The notes beneath the pieces are model-generated. The model was not told where the DNA came from. It saw only the letters and a program-made list of their open reading frames with translations, and did not search any database. Positions 33,798 to 42,381 of a stretch of DNA of 64,000 nucleotides are shown here, piece by piece. Origin of the DNA: a virus; IMG/VR virus record IMGVR_UViG_3300045988_162372; one strand, 5' to 3'. A program made the translations under genes and the position numbers. How positions within the stretch are numbered: position 1 is the first letter of the stretch; every line of letters begins with the position of its first letter.

Positions 33798-34052
33798 ATG
33801 ATAGATACTTACGATAAGTTCTGGGATGCAGTACAGAAGATTGAAAAAACAATTAAGAGTTGTAAAACTATTGCACAAATTGAAAACTGCAAACAATGGA
33901 TGGATAATGTGTGGGATGATAACCTTTTACAATATAAAGGTTTAGGTGTGAGCTTGCAAGACATGGTTGAGATTAAACAATTATTAAATACTGCATACTC
34001 AACCCAACGGCAGATTATCTTAAATAATCAAAACTTAAAAGATGATGAATGA
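33798..34052 (+). CDS. hypothetical protein (84 aa)
   Basis: ORF track. Confidence 0.65.
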   Translation: MIDTYDKFWDAVQKIEKTIKSCKTIAQIENCKQWMDNVWDDNLLQYKGLGVSLQDMVEIKQLLNTAYSTQRQIILNNQNLKDDE

Positions 34053-34218
34053 GAAAGAAGTACAAGATTATATAAATCGTTTGATTACTTTGCAAAAGAA
34101 TGGCGATCCTGAAATAGACCATCCCGAAGCAGATAATATATTGTGCGAGATTATAGAACAATTAGGGTATCCAGAGATTATAAAAGAATACGATAAGATA
34201 CATAAATGGTATAGTTGA
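34045..34218 (+). CDS. hypothetical protein (57 aa), not in ORF track
   Basis: Hand translation MNEKEVQDYINRLITLQKNGDPEIDHPEADNILCEIIEQLGYPEIIKEYDKIHKWYS; overlaps the upstream stop. Confidence 0.5.
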   Translation: MNEKEVQDYINRLITLQKNGDPEIDHPEADNILCEIIEQLGYPEIIKEYDKIHKWYS

Positions 34219-34266
34219 TTTATTATTTATTAACAATAAAAGTTTTGGATATAAAAAACATTTTTG

Positions 34267-34274
34267 TATCTTTG
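34267..34274 (+). promoter_or_regulatory. -7 promoter box TAnnTTTG
   Basis: TAtcTTTG(CA) upstream of ATG 34322. Confidence 0.65.
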
Positions 34275-34321
34275 CAAAGTAATAAGAAAAGAGATTATTA
34301 ACGTTTAAACTGAATTATATT

Positions 34322-35362
34322 ATGTGTTTGATTAGCCAAAGTTTAAAGCCATTCGTAGCTAAGAAAGATTTGAAAGTGTTTAAAATCCTAAACAAGGATG
34401 AAAAAGGTAATTATGAAACACCCTATCAGCATTGCAAAGTTGAACTTAATAGTTTGATGCAAGCTAATGAAAATAGTGGTGATTATAGTAAATATAACTG
34501 GGGAGATGGCGGTCATAAATGCCAATTACAAATTAATGGTGGATTTATTCATTCTTTGTTCCACGATATTAAGGAATATACAGACAATAATAATCCATGT
34601 ATCGTGGTAGCTTACATTCCAGAAGGAACTGAATATTTCATCAGTACAAGGTTTATGGATGTTTGTTCCAAACAACTTAAATTGACAGATGAGATTGTTA
34701 ACATTGATGATGCAGTTCTTTCAAAAGAGGAAATGATGGATATTCTTTCACCAATTTCTGAAACTATTGACAAAGAAAAGGTAGATGCTGGATGGTTGGT
34801 AAAAAGTGATAAGACTTTTCTTCATCCGTCAGAATATACCAACGAAGTGAAAGATGATATTATTGGTGTTGTGGGAAGCATTATTGACGGGAAGATTATC
34901 GTTATTGCTCTTGATAAAACAAGATGCGAATGGTGTCAGAATAATGAGAAAGTAGATGATATGCCTACTATTCCTTATAGTGAGGTATATGATAACTTTA
35001 AGGGAAAAGAATATACTGAAATTATTAAAAATAACAAAAAATATAAAAAGGATAATAGCTATTTTCCTGCGTTTGATTATTGCCTGAAATACAAAACGAA
35101 AGGCACTGAAAGCGGTGATTGGTATCTGCCTTCAAGTGGGGAATTACATAGAATGCTCAATATGAATAGGGATGTCCTTAATTATGCTTTTTTTATTATG
35201 GGTACGGAATTAATAAAGGACGATACGGGTTACTGGGCTTCTGCCGAGACTAGCTCCACGCATGCTTGGAGTTGCTATACGTACGGTGCGGGTCTGGGCT
35301 ATTGGTACGGTAAGTGGGGTAGCGGTTACGTGCGTCCTTCCTTTGCTATTGAGGCTGATTAA
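34322..35362 (+). CDS. protein with C-terminal DUF1566-like (Lcl C-terminal type) domain
   Basis: DWYLPSSGELHRML ... YWASAETSSTHAWS ... GYVRPSFAI pattern; the 3' end is visibly more GC-rich than its surroundings. Confidence 0.6.
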   Translation: MCLISQSLKPFVAKKDLKVFKILNKDEKGNYETPYQHCKVELNSLMQANENSGDYSKYNWGDGGHKCQLQINGGFIHSLFHDIKEYTDNNNPCIVVAYIPEGTEYFISTRFMDVCSKQLKLTDEIVNIDDAVLSKEEMMDILSPISETIDKEKVDAGWLVKSDKTFLHPSEYTNEVKDDIIGVVGSIIDGKIIVIALDKTRCEWCQNNEKVDDMPTIPYSEVYDNFKGKEYTEIIKNNKKYKKDNSYFPAFDYCLKYKTKGTESGDWYLPSSGELHRMLNMNRDVLNYAFFIMGTELIKDDTGYWASAETSSTHAWSCYTYGAGLGYWYGKWGSGYVRPSFAIEAD

Positions 35363-35440
35363 GCCTCTATTAGCAGTGTAACTGCCTTATTGTAAGCAAA
35401 GCGAACTTGTATTAAGCGTTAGCTTTATTATTTACTATAC

Positions 35441-35480
35441 AGATAGTTAGTGGAACATATCTCATTAACTATCTTTTTTA
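35441..35480 (+). terminator. rho-independent terminator
   Basis: Stem AGATAGTTA/TAACTATCT then T6. Confidence 0.7.
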
Positions 35481-35538
35481 TTATTCTATTATTAACGTCA
35501 TTTAACCATAATAATTTTGTCAGACGAAATATTTTTAC

Positions 35539-35546
35539 TACCTTTG
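35539..35546 (+). promoter_or_regulatory. -7 promoter box TAnnTTTG
   Basis: TAccTTTG(CA); SD CGGAGGT; ATG 35591. Confidence 0.65.
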
Positions 35547-35590
35547 CACCTGTAAGAGATAAGGAAATAAACAAATCGGAGGTTAAAGAT

Positions 35591-35767
35591 ATGGATAAGA
35601 CGATTTCTTATGTAATGAATACCGTTGTAGGTAAGATTACAAGTGTAAGCGAATTTATGAACATCGTTTCAGACTATGATTATTGTCAGTTTGGAATAGA
35701 TAGGGGTGAAGGAGATTTCTTTTTCTTTGAATTGAAGATTAAGGAATTGTATAATAAAGGAAGGTAA
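35591..35767 (+). CDS. hypothetical protein (58 aa), possibly the 5' fragment of a gene split by the tnpB element
   Basis: ORF 35450 trimmed to ATG after promoter and SD; ends just before the tnpB element. Confidence 0.5.
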   Translation: MDKTISYVMNTVVGKITSVSEFMNIVSDYDYCQFGIDRGEGDFFFFELKIKELYNKGR

Positions 35768-35874
35768 TAATATACCAGATGACCCAGAAACGAAAAAGTG
35801 ATAAAAAACGAAGTTTTCTATTAATTTTTTGGAAAGTAACCGATATTTATTAATATAATAGAAACGAGAAGAAT

Positions 35875-37095
35875 ATGAAACGTGCATACAAATACAAACT
35901 GAAACCAACAATGAGGCAGCAACAAATGTTGTTGCAGCATTTCGGTTGTTGCCGTTTCATATACAACTGGGGATTGGATAGGAAAAAGAATGCATGGACG
36001 AATGAAAAGAAATCCATAGGTTATCTTCAACTTGCAAGGGAATTAACGCTATTGAAGAATGACGGCGAACATGGTTGGCTGAAAAATGTGGCAAACGAAA
36101 GTTTGCAGCAATCATTAAGAAACTTGGATAATGCTTATACGCAGTTCTTCAAGGCAAAGAAGGGATTCCCCAAATTCAGATCGAAGAAACACAGCAAGAA
36201 CGTATGCAAGTTCATCAACAACGTGCGCTTTGACTTTGATAAATGGAAAGTCAGAATACCCAAGATGGGATGGACAAAGTTGTGTCACAACAAAGCATTT
36301 GACTTGTCCAAATGCAAGATTGGAACTCTTACAGTGTCACAGGACAAATGTGGAGACTACTGGTGCGTAATCATTGTCGAGGATGGTGAAAAACCGAAAC
36401 CGAAAGCCAAGATTTCGGAGAAAACTGCCGTTGGCGTAGATTTAGGCATCAAAGATTTTGCCATATTGTCCGATGGTACAAAATATGGAAATAACAAATT
36501 CCTTGAAAAAGGACAAATACGCTTGAAGAAATTGCAACGCAGGTTTTCAAAAGCACAGAAAGGGTCGAAAAGAAGGGAAAGGCTGAAAATTAAAATCGCA
36601 AGACAGCACAGAAGAATATCCAACCGCAGGTCGAATTTCTTGCACAAACTGACAACCGATTTAATGTGCAAATATGACACAATCTGCCTTGAGAACCTTA
36701 ATGTGCAAGGGATGATGCAAAATCATCATTTGGCAAATGCAATTTCAAGCGTTTCATGGAATGAATTTGTAAGACAACTTGCATACAAAGCCGAATGGAA
36801 TGGGAAAAACGTGATATTTATCGGCAGGTTTGAACCCAGTAGCAAGACTTGCTCTTGTTGTGGGTACATTAAGAAAGACCTATCATTGAAAGACAGAAGT
36901 TGGATTTGCTCCAAATGTGGCGCAAGCCATGACAGGGATGTGAATGCAGCAATAAACATACGCAACTTTGGATTGCATCCACAATCGCAGGTTGCGATAG
37001 AAAATAAAATCCCAGAGGTAACTGGGATAAATACGGACGGTGAGGGCAATGGCACAAGTCACCCTGTGAAACGTCAAGATAATAAACCGTGTTAG
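35875..37095 (+). CDS. tnpB: TnpB (OrfB) RNA-guided endonuclease, IS200/IS605 family
   Basis: N-terminal YKYKLKPT..Q...L...FG.CRFIYN; RuvC-I GVDLGIKDFA; RuvC-II ICLENLN; zinc finger CSCCG...CSKCG; RuvC-III HDRDVNAAINI. Confidence 0.9.
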   Translation: MKRAYKYKLKPTMRQQQMLLQHFGCCRFIYNWGLDRKKNAWTNEKKSIGYLQLARELTLLKNDGEHGWLKNVANESLQQSLRNLDNAYTQFFKAKKGFPKFRSKKHSKNVCKFINNVRFDFDKWKVRIPKMGWTKLCHNKAFDLSKCKIGTLTVSQDKCGDYWCVIIVEDGEKPKPKAKISEKTAVGVDLGIKDFAILSDGTKYGNNKFLEKGQIRLKKLQRRFSKAQKGSKRRERLKIKIARQHRRISNRRSNFLHKLTTDLMCKYDTICLENLNVQGMMQNHHLANAISSVSWNEFVRQLAYKAEWNGKNVIFIGRFEPSSKTCSCCGYIKKDLSLKDRSWICSKCGASHDRDVNAAINIRNFGLHPQSQVAIENKIPEVTGINTDGEGNGTSHPVKRQDNKPC

Positions 37096-37110
37096 CACAG
37101 CGATGCTGGG
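36950..37110 (+). ncRNA. expected omega (re)RNA scaffold at the tnpB 3' end (position inferred, not demonstrated)
   Basis: Family knowledge places the omega-RNA over the tnpB 3' end and right end; hairpins ATCGCA/TGCGAT, ATCCCA/TGGGAT and GGTGA/TCACC seen here. Confidence 0.3.
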
Positions 37111-37238
37111 TGAACATGTATATCATTACCTTGAAAATGATATTGATACTGCACGTTATTACGCTGCACAAGAATTATTCTACGAATGGGTAGAAAATCT
37201 TTAATTCGTAATTTGTTTCATATAAAAATAATACATAA

Positions 37239-37760
37239 ATGCGAAAGATTTTTACATATATTGGAATTTGTTTTGCAATAGCAGGGATGGTCAATGCTGC
37301 AATGGTACATAGTGAAGAAGCAAGGGAAAACGTAACAACTGAAATGTTATTGAATGATAATGTAGACGTTTCATCTGAAATTGTTAAAGAGGATAAAGAA
37401 CTTCTTGCAGAAGAAAACAATATGAAGAAAAACAAGAACACTATTACCCATGTAAAGGTTACTTGTTATCAGCCAGTAGAAGCACAATGTGATAGTGATC
37501 CACTTATAACGGCAGATGGGAGCAAGATTGATTTACATAAATTAAAGAAAGGAAATGTTAAGTGGTGCGCTATTTCACGTGATTTGTTATGGCTCTTTCC
37601 AAAGGATAAACCTAAACGTGTACATATTGAGGGATATGGCATATACGAAGTGAGAGACGTTATGAACAAGCGTTTTAATCACAGAGTGGATATTCTTATT
37701 CATCCGTCAGAAAAGGCTAATATCAGTGAAGAAAATGTAAAAATGACAATTTTAGGATAA
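37239..37760 (+). CDS. secreted 3D-domain (MltA/RlpA-like double-psi barrel) cell-wall protein
   Basis: Signal peptide MRKIFTYIGICFAIAGMVNA; VTCYQPVEAQCDSDPLITADGSKI matches the 3D-domain signature. Confidence 0.65.
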   Translation: MRKIFTYIGICFAIAGMVNAAMVHSEEARENVTTEMLLNDNVDVSSEIVKEDKELLAEENNMKKNKNTITHVKVTCYQPVEAQCDSDPLITADGSKIDLHKLKKGNVKWCAISRDLLWLFPKDKPKRVHIEGYGIYEVRDVMNKRFNHRVDILIHPSEKANISEENVKMTILG

Positions 37761-37772
37761 GGAGGCAATATT

Positions 37773-38099
37773 ATGGAAGTTTTTGGGAACATTGTTTATT
37801 TCATTATTGTTGCAGGTTTGTTATTTCCAGTCAATAGTATTTTGAATGCAGTTAGAAAGAAATATGATAAAGATGCAGATGTTAAAGCGTTTTATATCTT
37901 GGCGAATGTCGATAGGGCTATCTTTATCTTGGCGATGGTTGCATTGATGGGAACATTGAATTTCTTTACAAATGAGCCAGAAGCAATAGATGTATATAGA
38001 GGAAAAACTGAATTATACATTGAACAGACAATGAGAGGTAATAAAGTCATAAAAAGCGACACCACGGTAGTTTTCAAACAAGAAAAATCTATCAAATAA
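37773..38099 (+). CDS. membrane protein (108 aa)
   Basis: ORF track; SD AAGGAGG; 2 hydrophobic helices. Confidence 0.65.
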   Translation: MEVFGNIVYFIIVAGLLFPVNSILNAVRKKYDKDADVKAFYILANVDRAIFILAMVALMGTLNFFTNEPEAIDVYRGKTELYIEQTMRGNKVIKSDTTVVFKQEKSIK

Positions 38100-38143
38100 A
38101 CATCATTTAACATACAATGTTTGGATAATCAAAATAAAATGAT

Positions 38144-38151
38144 TATTTTTG
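38144..38151 (+). promoter_or_regulatory. -7 promoter box TAnnTTTG
   Basis: TAttTTTG(CA); SD AAAGGAGA; ATG 38178. Confidence 0.6.
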
Positions 38152-38177
38152 CATCATAATTAAACAAAGGAGACTTT

Positions 38178-38438
38178 ATGAAAAAGAAATATGAAAAATA
38201 TGTAGGAAAATATTTCAGACGTAAATGTGAACATTATATCATAGTGTTCCATATTATCGGATTTGAAGAAATAGATGTTATTCCTTTCTTTATTGGTGAA
38301 GAGTACATTATGTCAAAGAAAGGCGATAATTTTACAATAGAATGTCGTAAAGGATGTGAGTATTTTTTAGATGTGTTTACTGAAATAACAAAAGAAGAAT
38401 ATGCAGAACAGATTTCTTTGGGGTTTCCCCACGATTAA
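38178..38438 (+). CDS. hypothetical protein (86 aa)
   Basis: ORF track. Confidence 0.65.
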   Translation: MKKKYEKYVGKYFRRKCEHYIIVFHIIGFEEIDVIPFFIGEEYIMSKKGDNFTIECRKGCEYFLDVFTEITKEEYAEQISLGFPHD

Positions 38439-38685
38439 TCAAATAAGGCCTGCCGATAATCTTATTGTGAAGGCTTACGGATGGGATAAGAAAGTCATTG
38501 TAGAGAAAACAATGACAGGCATTCATAAAGTGCAAGACGCAATTAATTCAATTAAAAAATGTACTGACAAAGAAGTGGTGTGGGTTAATATCTACAATAG
38601 TAGACTGGATATTTCAAGAACCTATGCAGTATTTAAGAATACACATAAAAGAACATTAATTTATGGAATTGAAGAGAAATTTTAA
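38401..38685 (+). CDS. hypothetical protein (94 aa; start uncertain)
   Basis: ORF track; 38-nt out-of-frame overlap with the upstream ORF. Confidence 0.45.
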   Translation: MQNRFLWGFPTINQIRPADNLIVKAYGWDKKVIVEKTMTGIHKVQDAINSIKKCTDKEVVWVNIYNSRLDISRTYAVFKNTHKRTLIYGIEEKF

Positions 38686-38863
38686 ATTGGTTTGTTATTT
38701 GTTACTAGGAATAGGAGTGTTAGTGATTATATTAAAGATGTTTGGATTATTACCGTTTCTATCTTGGTGGGTGATATTGTTTCCTATATGGTTTCCGATT
38801 ATGGTTATTATTACTCTTATTCTCATCATTTTCTGTTTCTTGAAATATCATAATGTCATTTAA
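38663..38863 (+). CDS. small membrane protein (66 aa)
   Basis: ORF track; two hydrophobic helices. Confidence 0.6.
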   Translation: MELKRNFKLVCYLLLGIGVLVIILKMFGLLPFLSWWVILFPIWFPIMVIITLILIIFCFLKYHNVI

Positions 38864-38917
38864 CAATCTGATTTTATTATTTAACATATAAAATACTGAT
38901 AATTCAAATATAATTTG

Positions 38918-38925
38918 TATCTTTG
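38918..38925 (+). promoter_or_regulatory. -7 promoter box TAnnTTTG
   Basis: TAtcTTTG upstream of ATG 38974. Confidence 0.6.
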
Positions 38926-38973
38926 TATTGCGATAAGAAAGAAGAAGTTTAATAATTAAAACATGAAAGTGAT

Positions 38974-39279
38974 ATGAACAAGAGCAACAAGAATAAAAAT
39001 TACATGGGAGTACATCTTCGTACTTGGTATGGAGAAACTGCTATGTACTTGCTTAACAGCATTAAGGATAAAAAGATGACTCTTGAGGAAGTTATCCAAA
39101 ACTGGAACAATTGCCTCGGTGAGGGAGATAGTTTTGAATCTGAAAAAATTGATACAAATGATTGTAATAAGTTTTATATAGTTAAGGTAAACTATACTGA
39201 TTATATCATTATGTTCTCAAATTGCGAAAGCGAGGTAGATATGATGTGTGATATTTATGAAATTGAATACGAGTTATGA
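38974..39279 (+). CDS. hypothetical protein (101 aa)
   Basis: ORF track. Confidence 0.65.
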   Translation: MNKSNKNKNYMGVHLRTWYGETAMYLLNSIKDKKMTLEEVIQNWNNCLGEGDSFESEKIDTNDCNKFYIVKVNYTDYIIMFSNCESEVDMMCDIYEIEYEL

Positions 39280-39497
39280 AAACAAACGAAATTATTTCTG
39301 AATTGTGGATTGTTACCGTATATGACGCAAGACATGACGAAATGGTAAAAGAAGTTACGGTAATTGGTAAACAAAACTTAGATAAGGCGATTAAAAACAT
39401 TAAATCCAGTTATATGGGTTATAATGTAGGTGTAAACAAAGGTATTATCTGTTTTGATGGGTATGTTGCGAAGGGTGATTATATAGGAGATTTTTAA
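39276..39497 (+). CDS. hypothetical protein (73 aa)
   Basis: ORF track; ATGA overlap. Confidence 0.65.
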   Translation: MKTNEIISELWIVTVYDARHDEMVKEVTVIGKQNLDKAIKNIKSSYMGYNVGVNKGIICFDGYVAKGDYIGDF

Positions 39498-39500
39498 GGT

Positions 39501-39809
39501 ATGGAAATAATTTTCTATTTTTGGATATTACCAGTTCTGATCGGACTGGTAATATTTTACTTTTGGAAATTCAAAGGACAGACAATAAAAGATTTTGTGG
39601 ATGAAATAAGTTACTATGATAGCATAGTACCGCCATACTGGTTGTTTATTACTTTTCCAATAGTTAATATTTTATTCATTGTCGTATGGTGTGTTTTGAT
39701 GATATATAAGGGCATATTTTTTCTATATAGAAAATTTCTGCAACCTCATATCAATTACGAAAGACTGAATAATATATTAGATAAGTTTTTGAATTTAAAA
39801 ATAAAATGA
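39501..39809 (+). CDS. membrane protein (102 aa)
   Basis: ORF track; hydrophobic helices. Confidence 0.65.
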   Translation: MEIIFYFWILPVLIGLVIFYFWKFKGQTIKDFVDEISYYDSIVPPYWLFITFPIVNILFIVVWCVLMIYKGIFFLYRKFLQPHINYERLNNILDKFLNLKIK

Positions 39810-40039
39810 AAGATTTTGTATATTTGTGTTTAGGAATCTGGTTTATATTATGTATAGTTGCATTCTTTTATTCCAGTTATGAAAAGGATGAACAAGAGAA
39901 GTTAATCAAGATAGGTGATAAAGTTATACTTGGAAATGACACGTTGATAGTCACCAAAATAGAATTATTTGATAAAACCTATCTTCATAACGGAGCTATT
40001 ATAGACACCAATTTTGCAATAGAAAATTTGAGTAAATGA
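39806..40039 (+). CDS. membrane-anchored protein (77 aa)
   Basis: ORF track; N-terminal TM; ATGA overlap. Confidence 0.65.
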   Translation: MKDFVYLCLGIWFILCIVAFFYSSYEKDEQEKLIKIGDKVILGNDTLIVTKIELFDKTYLHNGAIIDTNFAIENLSK

Positions 40040-40086
40040 TTTATCTTATTTAACACATTATTCTTGCATATATTAAATATAATGTT

Positions 40087-40094
40087 TATCTTTG
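40087..40094 (+). promoter_or_regulatory. -7 promoter box TAnnTTTG
   Basis: TAtcTTTG(CA) upstream of ATG 40144. Confidence 0.65.
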
Positions 40095-40143
40095 CAAATA
40101 AGAATAATAACCAATATAAATTTATAAAGAAAAATACCAAAAT

Positions 40144-40410
40144 ATGAATAGAAATGAACTGATACAAAGGATTGATGCGAAATTGATTGATAATGGTACG
40201 ATAAGTTTTAATGTACCGTTTTTCGTTAAGAGTGCAAATGATAACATTAAGAACATTTGCTTTGGGGAAATACAATGGGGAAATAGATATACCAACGCTG
40301 ATTTGTCTGATTTATCCAATGACGAGTTATCTGACTTATTGTATGAAGTTGAAAGACAAATTGAAAGTGATAACAATTTTATGCAGCATTGTTCTGATAT
40401 TTGGTATTGA
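40144..40410 (+). CDS. hypothetical acidic protein (88 aa), paralog of 17777-18040
   Basis: Shared C-terminal motif (DELSDLLYEVERQIESDNNFMQHCSDIW). Confidence 0.7.
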   Translation: MNRNELIQRIDAKLIDNGTISFNVPFFVKSANDNIKNICFGEIQWGNRYTNADLSDLSNDELSDLLYEVERQIESDNNFMQHCSDIWY

Positions 40411-40431
40411 TTTTTAAAAGGAGGTACACAA

Positions 40432-41157
40432 ATGAGCAAACCGAAACATACGGTATTTTGTCCAGAATGCGGGCGTAGCAAGATATTGTTTGAAACAGAG
40501 AAGAAGGCAAATTTGTTTCTTCAATACAATTCAGACGATATAGCACACAGCAATAGATACGGAAAGAAACCAGTAAGGAGTTATTATTGCAAGGTGTGTG
40601 GCGGATGGCACGTTACAAGTGTCAAAGAGAATCTATATCAAGATTATAGCCTTACTGATAGAGTTGTTTCTTTATATCATCAAGACGAATTAAATAAAAA
40701 ATTAATTTTGAAACATATAACTTCCTCTCCAACAATCAAAGAAATTGTAGATAATTTTCAATATATTGGATTATTTCTGACAAATGAGTCAAAAGATGTA
40801 CTGAAACAATATATCGAAGATAATTTTGCTGATATGATAAAAGATGGAAAGATGTATCTTGACCATTGTACAATTCTACATCGCTCTCAAAAAGAGGATA
40901 AGAAAGCATTACGTTGTCTTGACAGATATATCAAGGATAGTGGCAAAGGTATAAAGGAAACTATTGTTATAAACAAAATAGGGTATAACAATGAAGCTAT
41001 GGCGTTTGGATGTAGGGTGAATACTCCTTGCGTGAATACCCAACCTCATATTACTATCTGTACATTCGGTAACGGAAAACCTATGGCAAGTAATTCTATT
41101 ACTAATTGGAAAGATATCAATCCTATTAAAGTGAAAGCTATCATACATAGAGTTTAA
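40432..41157 (+). CDS. zinc-finger / 2H-phosphoesterase (LigT/CPDase/Acb1-type) fusion protein
   Basis: N-terminal CPECG...YYCKVCGGWH; C-terminal two HxTx motifs (LDHCTILH and QPHITICT) about 60 aa apart; SD AAAGGAGGT. Confidence 0.6.
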   Translation: MSKPKHTVFCPECGRSKILFETEKKANLFLQYNSDDIAHSNRYGKKPVRSYYCKVCGGWHVTSVKENLYQDYSLTDRVVSLYHQDELNKKLILKHITSSPTIKEIVDNFQYIGLFLTNESKDVLKQYIEDNFADMIKDGKMYLDHCTILHRSQKEDKKALRCLDRYIKDSGKGIKETIVINKIGYNNEAMAFGCRVNTPCVNTQPHITICTFGNGKPMASNSITNWKDINPIKVKAIIHRV

Positions 41158-41201
41158 CTTCTTTTAATAGCTTAACTATTGTGTATCTCAAAGAAAAGTA
41201 T

Positions 41202-41209
41202 TACCTTTG
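41202..41209 (+). promoter_or_regulatory. -7 promoter box TAnnTTTG
   Basis: TAccTTTG(CA) upstream of ATG 41239. Confidence 0.65.
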
Positions 41210-41238
41210 CAAAGTAATAAGGAAAAAGAAACAATAAT

Positions 41239-41445
41239 ATGAAAGCAAAATTCAAACAAGGAGACAAAGTAAGAATCGTCAAGAATGGACAGGTTATTCT
41301 TGATAATGGTATTATCAGCAACATTGATATCAATGATTGCACTTTTGAAATGCAATATAGTGTTGAATATTTCAACAAGGAGAAGAATATGCAATATACA
41401 ATGATTTGTATACCAGAGAAGAATGTGGTTAAAATAATTGATTAA
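41239..41445 (+). CDS. hypothetical protein (68 aa)
   Basis: ORF track. Confidence 0.65.
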   Translation: MKAKFKQGDKVRIVKNGQVILDNGIISNIDINDCTFEMQYSVEYFNKEKNMQYTMICIPEKNVVKIID

Positions 41446-41488
41446 CAATTATTAACACAATAAATTTGTTTAATCTAAATAAAATAAT

Positions 41489-41496
41489 TAACTTTG
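41489..41496 (+). promoter_or_regulatory. -7 promoter box TAnnTTTG
   Basis: TAacTTTG(CA); SD TAGGAGGT; ATG 41531. Confidence 0.65.
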
Positions 41497-41530
41497 CACT
41501 ATCAGAACAAATAAAATAGGAGGTAATATT

Positions 41531-42088
41531 ATGAACACAACTTTTAATTTCAAGAAAGGCGATTATGTAATCTTTACTGATACATATAATAATGATTATG
41601 TAGATATCATCGGGGATTATAACCCAGAGAATAATAGTGTAGAGGAAATTGTTTCCGTTATGTATATGGATAGAAATGGAGGTGAGGAAGAAGGATTTAT
41701 CTACTATCGTACAACTTTATTTTTAGATGCAGTAAAGGAAATGCGTCTTGCAACAAAGGATGAGGTAAACTTTTTGAACGCTGTCTTAATGGATGATGAC
41801 AATAAGTTTGACAAGGATAAGATGGAAGTTGTTAGCAGGGAAACTGGTACGAAGAAGACATTTCATCTGACAAGAACCGTCATGCTCGGTGGCTATTATC
41901 AAGACACTATTGATGTGGAAGCAGAGAATTTGGAAATTGCTTTAAACAAGGCCACTGAATTCAATTCATCTTCTGAAAATGTATGGGCCACTATGGATAA
42001 GGATGAAATCATTATGGACGAATCTGATATTAAACGGATAGAAATTTCTGATGCTAACGGAGAAGAGTATCGTGAAATTGATTTTTAA
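41531..42088 (+). CDS. hypothetical protein (185 aa)
   Basis: ORF track; SD. Confidence 0.7.
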   Translation: MNTTFNFKKGDYVIFTDTYNNDYVDIIGDYNPENNSVEEIVSVMYMDRNGGEEEGFIYYRTTLFLDAVKEMRLATKDEVNFLNAVLMDDDNKFDKDKMEVVSRETGTKKTFHLTRTVMLGGYYQDTIDVEAENLEIALNKATEFNSSSENVWATMDKDEIIMDESDIKRIEISDANGEEYREIDF

Positions 42089-42096
42089 CAATGTAA

Positions 42097-42114
42097 TGTA
42101 CTTGAATGAGTACA
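42097..42114 (+). repeat. dyad motif, copy 8 (TGTACTTGAATGAGTACA)
   Basis: The C-to-T change at stem position 6 would keep a G.U pair in RNA; 9 nt after stop 42088. Confidence 0.75.
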
Positions 42115-42381
42115 AAGGGTTTCAAAAATAATTTATTTAATTTTTATTCTCAAATGATTTAAATTTATAAAAAGTATGAAAAGAAACAACACTATCGAAG
42201 AATTATCAACAAAGGCTATGTTTATCAAACATTTGTTGAGGCAAAGGAGGGTACAACTGTTTTCGACGGAATTGACGAAGCGATAGATAATGCAATTGAT
42301 GCAACTGATAAAGGGGGTAGTATCTATGTTATTGTTGATAACGAGAATAATAAAGTACAGGTACTTGATGATGGATGTGGA

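Larger units (their letters stand above)
35770..37110 (+). mobile_element. IS200/IS605-family tnpB-only element (IS1341-like); ends approximate
   Basis: Solo tnpB, no tnpA; no host-type promoter box; flanked by two short ORF fragments. Confidence 0.5.

Noticed and set aside
36131-36370. ORF 36131-36370 (+) and other alternate-frame ORFs inside tnpB
   Set aside because: Embedded in a well-supported TnpB reading frame, Arg/Ser-rich in composition, and without translation signals.
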